From: Paraphysomonas bandaiensis
Lineage: Eukaryota > Protista > Chrysophyceae
Direction: 5' to 3'
Length of the DNA stretch: 39,701 nucleotides
Assembly: GCA_965644295.1 (NCBI GenBank)
Contig: CBFFRP010000644.1
Location: 1 to 39,701 of the forward strand
Positions 1 through 11,100 of the stretch are shown here, piece by piece. Each line of letters starts with the position of its first letter. Position 1 is the first letter of the stretch. Made by a program: the position numbers and the translations under genes. The notes under the pieces were generated by a model, which was not told the origin of the DNA, searched no databases, and saw only the letters and a list, made by a program, of their open reading frames with translations.

Positions 1-10
1 ACTCCTACAC

Positions 11-2113
11 ATGACTACTACAGCACATACAAGCTTCTCCTTATCACTCCAGTATTATGCTGTATATCAGGTATACGCCCCCCTAGTTACACGCCGACAC
101 CGTTACACTTCACCCTCACCACACCCACCCCTTCACAGAAAACACTACACTCAGCCGTTACTCAGAGGCCCATCCAACACTCACACACACAATACTGTCA
201 TCCTACCCTATCCCCTACACCCACTGCAGGATACTACCAACCACGTCTTCCTGTCGGCCCAAACAACCGTTGCCCACATTGCGCCCACCGCTCATACACA
301 CAGTATACAGCGTACTGTACACGGTGAGCAGCAACCTCTCGCACAACACCTTCGAGTCGCCACCACCTTTCTGCATCATATCACCAATATCACCTATCGT
401 ACACACAACAAAATGCACACACGGTCTCGAGCCAACAAGCCTACTCAACCCCAATCCAAGCGCACCTCTGCCTTCCAGGCCTACAACATACCCTCCCTAC
501 AAGGCTTAGACCTGTCTATCGACAAACAACCACATGCAACGGAGGTGCACATACCTCTCCCCTCTCTCCTCCCGAATTTTCTTTACCAGTGCGAAAGCCT
601 CAAACATAACACTCCTCACTCCATCATCATCAATGGTCTGCGAGTTGGAGACTATGAGCAACTCGCAGGAGTTTGTCATCGGATCAAGCACGACCTCCAC
701 CTTCCCATTGATGAACCATCCACAGCGTTCCTGGAAGATTTCGCGCGCGCCAAGCATGCAGTCAATATATCAACACTTGCCCCAGGAACTTCCAATCGAG
801 CTATACTCCTTTTACCCCTTCACAACGTGCCACCGCACATTGCAACACAATTCCCTGACCACCCTCTTGCAGATCACACCTCAATGCCGAGTAAGATGCC
901 CGTTACATTTGACCTGTCCATCGTCGTCAACCATAGGAACACGGCCCGTGATCTGCAAGTAGACGAGACAAGAACATTCAACATTACCTTCTCCCACTTG
1001 GACCAAGAGACCATCGATGACCTCCAGCAGCAGTCCAAATTCTATGAGCCCATTGTCACGTTTTTCGGACTCCCGGAGGTCCTCCTACAGGCCAAAGCAG
1101 AGACCTACACAAGAATACTTTGTCGGTTGCGCGATCTCCTCCATGACACTGATATCGATGTCGACTCCATCCAGCTTCTCTACAATGACATCTCTCACCA
1201 GAACGAAGCCCGCAAGGACAAAAAGCAACCTTTGCACAAAGTGCTGCACCTATACATCCCGATGGCAAAATCCCCCACTGGCAAGGACCATCGGAAAGAC
1301 ATACTCCACGCCTTGTTTCAAACTTCTGACACGTCTGCCACGCGTACTCTCCAACTTGGATCACACTCCATCTCAATGACAGCCTCTCCGGTGCCGCCGT
1401 TGCGAAAACTCAAGCAGCAGACTCGACATACCCCGTTCACACTGATACACATACTACATGCTCCAGCCCTCCGAAAATCATGGCTGCTGCGCGCGCTCTG
1501 CCACATCGGAGTCCCATCGCATCATGTCCTTGACGCCCTACATACCACCATACCCTTTGCCGACGTACATGACATTGGTAACCTACACACCGCCCTCACC
1601 TTGCTATGCTCTCCAGAGAGCGGTGTCACCATGGCGGCATCCCGCATTACCCTGCAGAACATACTCCGAGTAGCTGCTCACAGTCCCGACCTCCAACTCG
1701 ACGCGAATCTACCTGCACCCGCAGGATGCCCGTACCCTCTTACCGACTTCTCTTCTCTACAGACGCTCCCAACAGTGCCCCCTCAGCCTCCTACCTCTCC
1801 ACCCCCGAGAGCTACTGTCACACGCATACCCCACAAGCGCCTGTACTCCCACTCCAGGGCCTCAACGCCCCCCAACCATCCCTCAGAAGAAACCCTACGG
1901 GATTTATACCAGCAGGCCAACGAACTTAACACCACGCTCTTCCTTGGTAATCCACACATATTCTGCGATTACGCCAGCCACATTGCCCAGGCCGCGCACC
2001 AGGCCATGCAAGACAACTCCCCCTTTGCTCCCCCACCCATCCTCCACGCAGCGCTGGCCGCACGCTCATCGACAGATAGAGACCCCGCCGCGACCCCCGC
2101 GACTCCCCATTGA
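11..2113 (+). CDS. ORF1 of the LINE (gag-equivalent by position, no recognisable domain); true start may be ATG 413 (MHTRSRANKP)
   Basis: 700-codon open frame directly upstream of ORF2 and in the same frame. The first ~134 codons look like low-complexity His/Thr-rich UTR sequence. Confidence 0.7.
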   Translation: MTTTAHTSFSLSLQYYAVYQVYAPLVTRRHRYTSPSPHPPLHRKHYTQPLLRGPSNTHTHNTVILPYPLHPLQDTTNHVFLSAQTTVAHIAPTAHTHSIQRTVHGEQQPLAQHLRVATTFLHHITNITYRTHNKMHTRSRANKPTQPQSKRTSAFQAYNIPSLQGLDLSIDKQPHATEVHIPLPSLLPNFLYQCESLKHNTPHSIIINGLRVGDYEQLAGVCHRIKHDLHLPIDEPSTAFLEDFARAKHAVNISTLAPGTSNRAILLLPLHNVPPHIATQFPDHPLADHTSMPSKMPVTFDLSIVVNHRNTARDLQVDETRTFNITFSHLDQETIDDLQQQSKFYEPIVTFFGLPEVLLQAKAETYTRILCRLRDLLHDTDIDVDSIQLLYNDISHQNEARKDKKQPLHKVLHLYIPMAKSPTGKDHRKDILHALFQTSDTSATRTLQLGSHSISMTASPVPPLRKLKQQTRHTPFTLIHILHAPALRKSWLLRALCHIGVPSHHVLDALHTTIPFADVHDIGNLHTALTLLCSPESGVTMAASRITLQNILRVAAHSPDLQLDANLPAPAGCPYPLTDFSSLQTLPTVPPQPPTSPPPRATVTRIPHKRLYSHSRASTPPNHPSEETLRDLYQQANELNTTLFLGNPHIFCDYASHIAQAAHQAMQDNSPFAPPPILHAALAARSSTDRDPAATPATPH

Positions 2114-2164
2114 CGGTGTTGGGGAAGTTTCATAATACATGCATGCCCCTTCATGAGACTTCCC
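2111..2164 (+). promoter_or_regulatory. Putative stop-codon readthrough signal: UGA-CGG, 8-nt spacer, 12-bp stem-loop
   Basis: TGA at 2111-2113 is followed by CGG. No in-frame stop occurs between 2114 and ORF2. GGGAAGTTTCAT (2122-2133) pairs with ATGAGACTTCCC (2153-2164) with one G-U. Confidence 0.7.
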
Positions 2165-5100
2165 GTGCAACCTACCACGCACCCCCCCACATCAGTTCGA
2201 CAACCGGAGGCACATACGCATCCACTTTTAACAAGGCGCTCGGATCCCTCCCAACACACACGACTCTGTCCCCTCCACACTCTTCCTAACCCTCCCCACC
2301 AAATCTGCAACCTGACAGGTTCGTTGACTGAGGAAAAGCAGTGCAGACTCCACAGCGGTCTGTCCACGGCCCTCGGTCATCACCTGGGCTCCCTACAACC
2401 TCTTATTCCTCGAATCACTGAGGGGACTGCTGTGGACATGCTGTGCGGACCACTTAACAGTCTGTTCACAGCCCATGGCGTCGCCACACTGACTCACCAC
2501 TCCTTCTCACTTCTCCATGTTCACACCCTTACTGCTATTATACACATCACACACCTCCTAAACACTGCGCCAGCACGGCAGTGGACAGTGGAGACGTCAT
2601 GCAGGTTCAGCAAGAACCTGTTCATGGCCCATAGTCCGCCGCTGTATTTGGATCCACCCCACCACCCACAAACCCACCCTCATCACACTCTCCATACCCC
2701 TCCCCACCAAACCTACAACCTGACAGGCAGGTTGACTGAGGCGAAGCCGTGCAGCCTTCACAGAGGTCTGTCCACGACCCTTGGTCCTCACCTGTACTCC
2801 TCACAACCCCGTATTACTCGAATCAATAAGAGGACTGCTGTGGACATGCTGTGCGGACCACTTAACAGTCTGTTCACAGCCCATGGCGTTGTCACACAGA
2901 CTTACCACCTCCTCTCACCTCTCCATGTTCACACCCTCACGGATATTCTACGCATCACACAACTACTCCTCCTCATCACATCCCTCTTACACTTAAATCC
3001 CCCTGCGCAGACGCAGTGGACTGTGGAGATGGCATGCAGGAACAGCATGAACCTGTTCATGGCCCATGGTCTAGCACCGCGAATTGTGCACCCACACACA
3101 CCTCTACCCACCACTAACACTACCCAAATTCACCCCTTATACTCCTCATCGAGTTCACAATACCCGCTCTACTCACACATGACTCATCCCTCTGCCCTCC
3201 GCCAAGGCGTTGGCTTCAGCAGCGACGCCAGCGGCGATGGCCCCAAGCCCAAATCCCAAGAAGTCAAAAGAAAGCAAAACGCCAAAAAGAAGGAACGGCG
3301 TAAACGGCTAAAACGGCTCTTCCTCCAAGGGGAGATCACGGACATCCCGCAGCACCTTAAACGCCGGTGCCTTCGAGATCGGAGGAGGAGGCTTCAACAT
3401 CACAGTCGGGTCTGGGAGGCCCACATCCAACACCACCTTCGTAAGAGAACGGCACCTGGACAAACGATTGCCCCAGCTGTGTTCAACATACTGGATCAAC
3501 GACCTACCCCATGGCTGATGCGAACACGACAGCCACTAAGGCCCACCTCTGAATCCGCACACCCAGACGCAGTCGACTACTATAGAGCACACCCAAACGG
3601 CGACACCCGATTTCAAATCCTCCGCGGATGTCAAAAACCCAATATCACCTGCGACAACTCTCAAAGAGGGGTATGGGCAGTGGAGAACATACCAACTGGC
3701 ACACCACTCTTCCCCTACGTCGGGCACTACATCACCGGCACACCGTCAGCCAGCACATACCTCCTTCAACTCCGCGAGGAAGAGAAATATATACAGGCGG
3801 AACCCGCCATGGTGGACTATGGATACGTCGCATTCCGAAAACCCAGTGACCCACTCCCCAAACGAATCCCTCGCGCATTCGGAGCCTGCTGCAATACCAT
3901 CCCTGTGGAAGACCTCGGCACACGCGTATACAACGCCCGTATTCGTCCCCGGGATGAAAATGACCTCTCAGACTGCATATTCATCGATGCCTGCGCAGAC
4001 ATCCACCCGCAGGAAGAAATCCTTCTGGACTACGGTGACGGCCACCTCATCTCACGCACAAACAAGACACCAGACGAATGTCTTCGCGCCTACAGAGCGT
4101 ACCTCCGCACGGCAGAGGCACCTGACACCCACCCGCCGTCGATTCGACGCTCCCCCCGCCTGCGTACCACCGCCACTGCCACTCACAATCCTCGACACCC
4201 ACAAGGAAGCACCACCACGAAGGCGTCGGCAGTGACCTCCAGAAAACAGCCAAGAGCCCACACTCCTCCCAAGGCAGCATTTGTCGACGACACCACAGAA
4301 CAATGGACCTTCTACTCTCCGTCTGGTCTCATTGCCATGACGCTATACCCCTCAGAGCTACAACGTCTACTTGAACTCTCCAGAGCGTCCGCCACTCGCA
4401 GTACTATCAAAACTCTAGTCGCCACCTGCCTTAAGAAAGGAGAGATATGCACCGCTAGGAAATACACGACAGCTGAGGTTAACACCACCCCTGGTAATGG
4501 TTTCTGTGGGATAGGAGCACTAGGTCCACTCCTCCCGGAATACTCCACCATACACTCAACCCGACCCACTAAGGGACCACTGCTCAACCCTGATGACCCC
4601 ATAGACAACGAATACTTACAGGAGCTGCTCAACTACAGTCAGGCTGTGATTATATCCCTCTCAGACCAAATAATCGAAGAGGTGGGAGACAGGGCAGTTC
4701 TCGACTTCCTACTTGAGTTAATCGACGCTTACCGCATAGCTCTCTCCGCCGACGTGCCTACAAAGACAGGTCTCCCACCTCAATACTGGGCTCAAACGGA
4801 CGCCCTCATGCTCATGGCCGAAACCCACGGTATTCACATCAGGATATGGCAGGACCCAACGCTCCCCACAGAGCCGGTGTTCCTCAATCCAAACTGGGCC
4901 ACATGGGCGAGCCACCATCGTACCTTCCTGCCAGATACCGAGCGCAAGACCCCAAAGGACATATTCTGCTGCAACCAACACTTCTTTCTCGATCTGAGGG
5001 AACCTGCAGAGGCCGAATTACACCGTCTAATGGAACTTCTCCCACACCTCTATGCTGACAGGCTTGCCCCCTCCCTCCCATTAGTCCCAGCTCATACCCA

Positions 5101-8100
5101 TGCTGCCCGAACTCAACAGGGGCCAGAATACGCGTCCGACAGCAGCGGCGACGGCCCGTCCACCCACCCGCATCTCCACAAACACCCACCGACGCAAAAT
5201 CCACCCAGACCACGCCAGTTTGGACCCGGATACAGTAGTGACGACAGCGGCGATGGCCCGCGCAAGCGACGACCACGCAAACCCCCTAACGAGCCTCAAC
5301 CACCCAAAACCCCAGGACACACTCACAAACCCGATGCCCACACCACGACACCCGCTCCAGACACCACACGGCAACCTCCCGGACGGCGTCGTCACAGCCT
5401 GACGCTTGCTGACTACTTTCCGCCCATCCCGCCACCCAAGGCTGACACCCGGAGCACACCCGCGGATCAACCAACACTCTCGCCCACAGAACAAACCTCG
5501 ATCGCCAACACTCTGGACATTCCCCCATCCCAAGACCGGCCAACCCCACGTGTGTCATCATCCCCCCCGCCACTACTACCCCAGCCGGCCCGGCGAGAAG
5601 CGACTCCGTTCACCAGTTCACTTACCAACGCCTGGACCGCGTACGACAACACACACCGAGTTGCAGTCTCCCTACGCGAAGACCTGCTACGCCACATCCA
5701 CAACACCGTCATGGCAGGCACGACTAACTGGAGTCAGCTTCTTCAAATTATACACGACGACGCAAACTACATCCAAGTTGCCAACTTCGACTGGGAGGAT
5801 GACTACAGAGCCACAATAGCACGCGGCCTAGACGCCCTTGCAGCCACATACCAAATCCATACCGCCCCCTCGCCTGGACATTACCCTAACGTGCCCCTAC
5901 AAACTGCTGAAGATGCAAAAGCACTGCATAGGTTCATTGCCCACTTACAACGAATTTGTCTTGCATCAGGACAGGCTCACACAAGCCGACTGCTCCACAC
6001 CCTCCAATGCGCGCACAAGGCTCTAACCACCATGCCCCCGCAGCGATGTGCACTCTCTGCAGATCATCATATGGAGATCACTGACGTCCAGACATTGCTC
6101 CAGCTTCTTCGTACCAACTTCCGACTATGGAGAGAAACCTCAGGCTCCTTATCTAGCGGCTGGGTAATGCTACACAATCACCACAACCACGACCCCAAGG
6201 CTGCGACCACACACAACGTCGCTGTTACCAACAAACATTACTTCCTCCTACGAATACCGGACATCGGATCCAAGCTCGACGAGGCGCACTGCAGAGCCAA
6301 ATCGGCACTCTCTCACTTCATCCATCACGCAGCACAGAGGACCCCACAGCCACACCCTAGAAAGGAGCATCAACCCCAAGCAGCCCTGCCAACGCCCACG
6401 CCACTAACGATATCCGCGGGCCACCTCACCCTTAGCACCACACAGCGGGGTGCCAGAGCCATAACCGCGCGCCTAGTTGAACCGGGCACACGCAACTCCC
6501 CACGAACAGCCATCCAGACAGCTGGGCGTGTGTTACGTGTACACATAACTACCGCGTCCGTCCAGGCAGCTCACCGCATACCCGCAAACGGGTACTGCGC
6601 ATACGGAACACTTTACCGACTGCACACGCTCTGCGTGGGAATGAGACACACAGCCAATCACTGGAATTTGGATCTCCAGAAACCAGAGCATCGACTACAC
6701 TTAGGCCACTGGCTTAGCCAAATTCGGACCGCAGCACTAGACAGTCCACACTGCACGCCAACCATCCTTAGCAAAACTGCGCACGCCATACACTCCCTTA
6801 CAGTCAAGCATTCCCCCACATACGCTACTCCACAAGACATTCAACACTGGCTCTCCGTCCGCGAGCTACACATTCTATCCTCCTACATTGGCCCAGTCAC
6901 CACATGGACAGCAGACGGTGACAACATCACAATCGTCGGAATCCCCGACGCACCAATCACTCACAGCCCCGCCTGGACATCCGACGAACTGAGAGATGCC
7001 ATCACCGACGACCGACCTCATCTTGTTCTGCACGACGCCCACTACTACCACCTTAACCCCAGAGGGCTAGCAGCAGAACTAGACAACGCACTTCTTGATC
7101 TCGAAGCAGCATTTCTGTGCCCACAACTATACCGACCCCCCAGTCCAACAGAACTCAGCACTGGGAACACCGCCCCCCCGGCGCCCCTGCCTCCGAAACA
7201 ACCCCAGCAAAGCATCACCCACAGCACCACACCCTGGCCGCCGACACCAACAAATTGCACGACGCCCAACCTCCCCCGGAGGGGTCCCCACGTCTCCACA
7301 CCCTTGACGTCACCCGGAAAATACTCTCAACACCGCACGTCCACGACAGCGGGCAGTTCCCCACCTGACGCGCCGCCACGCATTCCTCACCTCCGAGATG
7401 TCCCCGGAGCAAGGAGAGCCAAAGGAAAGAAAGCACGGAACCCAACGCCCGTCCCCACGCGAAAACAGCCTGCCCGTACAGCCCGCACCACAAGCTCCTA
7501 CGCAGAAGACCCCGACGAAGTCCAAACACACGCCATATACCGCCCACGGGCTACTTTCAACACACTACTCCAAACGGCCCACCCACCCCTCCCGCTCACC
7601 TGGGACACAACGTTACGATACAAGGTACTAGTGGGCACGGCAGACACAGTTACCAAGGGGAACGCCCTATATGCGGGGGAACCAATCCCTGCCCATACCA
7701 TTATTTCTGAGTACACTGGACACCGCCTACCCATAACAGAAGCCAGGTCCACCGGTTACACTTCCGACTACCTCGTGCAAGACGCGAAAGGTACATTTGC
7801 GATAGACGCAAGGGACAAACGAAGCAAAAGTATACTATGCGCAGCGGGGTACATCAATGATCCGTTACAGGCCAGGGCTGCTAATGTAGAATTCCACACG
7901 AAAAAAGACAAAATCTACATCAGAACCACACGGAACATTGCGACTCACGAGGAACTACTTGTACACTACGGGTACAGATACTGGCAACACCCCAAGTGGC
8001 CGCTTGAGATCCTACTACAAGCGAGAGAGGCATACGCTGACGACGTTGAATTCTGCACGCAGGAGTGGCAAGACCTCATCGCCAGTAAGCAATCACATGC

Positions 8101-11100
8101 ACAGGCGACACCCAAACCCCCAGAGCCGAACCACAGCCTGGTGTCATGTACTACGACCTTCATATTCTCCACATGGAACGTAAACGGTAACCCCTCCAAC
8201 AACCCTGGAAAAATCGAAGCTATCCTACACTACATACGCACACACCAAATAGACTGTCTTTACCTGCTCGACGTCCGCCTGTCACAAAACCAGGCACTAT
8301 ACCTTGCTGACTACATCCAGGACCAGATTCCAGGGGCTCTTGTCTGCAACTTTCTCAACTCAACGCGGAAACAGGGCCCCAACGATCCGCACATGGGAGG
8401 AACTATTGCAGTGATCAGCGAAGCGTGGAAAGGAAGAGTCCGCCACACAGGCTCCGACTGCACTGGATTAGGGCTCATCTCCCGAATCGAATTTCACACC
8501 GGCAGACCTAACAGAGAAGAAAGATTCACTACCATAGGAGTGTACCTCCCCCCCAAGCCTGCGACCGATGGACCCTGCACACTATGGGCATCACTAAAAG
8601 CCTTCGGCAAGAATGCTCACAGGAACGGCGCCACGGGACCCTATGACATCCTCACGAACATCCTGTCCAAATGGATCACCAAAGCCAGGGCAAACAACCA
8701 CACAGTACTAGTTGGCGGAGATTTCAACGCCACCCTAGAGGGACAAACGGGTAAGAGGGACCTCAGAGGTTTAGCAAGATCCCTGCAGCTAACAGCCCCT
8801 CTCATACAAACCCTTGACCAGGAGGCACCATACCACACCTTTTACTGGAAAGACCGCGGCATCTCCAGAATAGACCATATACTACATTCTCCCCTTCCTA
8901 CACACTTTCATAACACTCGCAATGGATGCCACACATCTGATGCCATCGCTGCTGCACCATTTGATCACAGACCGGTCTGGATCCAGGTTGACATTAGCGG
9001 TACAGGACCAACCCTTCCCAAGGAACGGCACCGTCAGATTCCTCCACGGCTCAACATCAACCCTGCCGACCACGACATGGTAGAAGAATTCCAGACCCAC
9101 CTACACAAACATCACCACAAATTGTCCACGCTCCCCACGCACCCCCACCCCGCTGAAAACGCAGCCATAAAACTGGCGCTCCTCCATCGTATCACCTTAG
9201 AAGCGGCCCACGACACCCGCCACGCGGACAGAACCAAGAAAAACGGCATCCACGCAAAATGCCAGCGAAAACGATCCCGGTTCAAGGATGGCTTCTCCGC
9301 CGAAATGAGAGTCCTGCAAATGGCACTCCACCTGATTGTATATCTCAAACGCAAGCTCTTCACCAGATCCGGCCACCTACACCCCCGTGTCACCGACGCA
9401 TACTTATACAGCATCGTCCGGAGAGGAATCTGCAGATGGGAGCGCACCACTGCTGCACTTGACCGCTCATCAGAGGACCACGATCGACCGCCCACAGCCA
9501 TCATCCGGGCCGCGATAGACCCAAGGCAAATACTAACATGGACCACAACTAACGTCACGGGCAAAGCCTTCGACAACCTCCGTGACAGTCTCATGCGAAT
9601 GCTCCACGGGAGAGCCCGAGCTGAAATGAGGAAAAGGATGACCACCAGAACACACGCCCTCCAAGCCCAACTCGAAACACAACAGATACGCAAGATCCTC
9701 CAATCCATCGGACTAAAGCGGAAGCAGACACCAGCGCTCACCCGCCTCACCCTGGAGGACGGGGCCACGATCACCATTCCATCGGAGATACAGGAAGCCC
9801 TGAACAAGCACTTCACGGCACACCACGCATTCCCCAAAGGCATGGACCCCACCGCCCACAGACTACACTACGACGACAACTGGTGGCGCGAACTAACCGC
9901 CGGTGAGAACCTACACAATCCGCTCCACCCAAACTCCGCTATCCCGATACAACATCATTCCGGACTACGCAAACTATGCGAAACAAAGGTCGGCTCATCC
10001 ACCTCAGCAAAGATACAGGAAGCCCTCCGGCAACAAATTTCGATCCATGAGTTCCACTCCACACTTGATAATATGGCCAAGGACAAAGCACCCGGACCGT
10101 CCATGGTCACCACAAACATGATAAAAAGTTGGACCCCACAAGTCAAAATAGAAGTACTCGGTCTCCTACAAACGCTCTGGACTCACCGCCACATCCCACA
10201 CTGGTGGAAAGACAGAGTCATGACCCCTTTACTCAAGAAACCGGGAAACACCTCCCTCAAAAACTTAAGACCGATCGGTTTGCTCGAGGTTCTCCGTAAA
10301 CTGATGACACGCATTATTACCCACCGACTCCTCCAAATCTGGGAAGACGATGATGTCCTACACCCGGCGCAACACGGTTACAGGTGGAGACATGGAACAG
10401 ACACTGCCATTCTTCGTGTACTAGCGGCCACCGAACTGGCAAAGCTCACAGGAAACGCGAAAATATGCACCTTTTGGGACTTTCAAAAAGCTTTCGACTC
10501 CATTGCACCTAACCTCCTCAAACTCGCGTGGGCGAGACTTGGGGTTCCAGAAGACACGATCAGATGGCTCAGCGAACTCGACAGCGAGGGGCGCACCTAC
10601 ATCTGGACACCGCACATGGCTGACCACATCGATCCCAAAACCCTAGAGGAATTAAGTCAATCCGACGGTTCCTTCCTCCAACACCCCGACATGGGCTTCT
10701 CCGCCAACAGAGGCGTTACACAAGGCGGAACAGAGTCCACAGTCGCATGGATCGTCATCTTCGACATGATTCTCTGCTGGTCTGACCTTAAGGACGACAG
10801 TCAGGACAAAGCGTACGCGGACGACCTCTCCCAAATAACCAACTCCATTGCCACCGCGCAGATGAAGGCGGACAGACTCTCATCCTTCTGTGCATTCACG
10901 GGAATGCAGCTCGCCATAGCCAAAACGGAATGCATTGCAATAGGCTCCCCCTTTGAAGTTGAGGCCATGCTAGACACAGAGCCCACCATAACCATTAGAG
11001 ACTGGAACTGGAACCCGCACACCATCCCCATTAGAGCCACCACAGTCCCCACCAAATACCTCGGAGTTCTACTTCCGTTCTCCTCGAAGGACACCGACTC

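Noticed and set aside
2326-2378. Hammerhead ribozyme (CTGAGGA)
   Set aside because: No stem II followed by GAAA, and the second copy reads CTGAGGC.
2111-3075. Selenocysteine UGA with SECIS elements
   Set aside because: The hairpins lack the AUGA/GA quartet and apical AA, and the UGA is not in a redox-motif context.
3212-5260. Canonical 2A peptide
   Set aside because: The motif is SDxSGDGP, not D[VI]ExNPGP; kept only as a non-canonical candidate.
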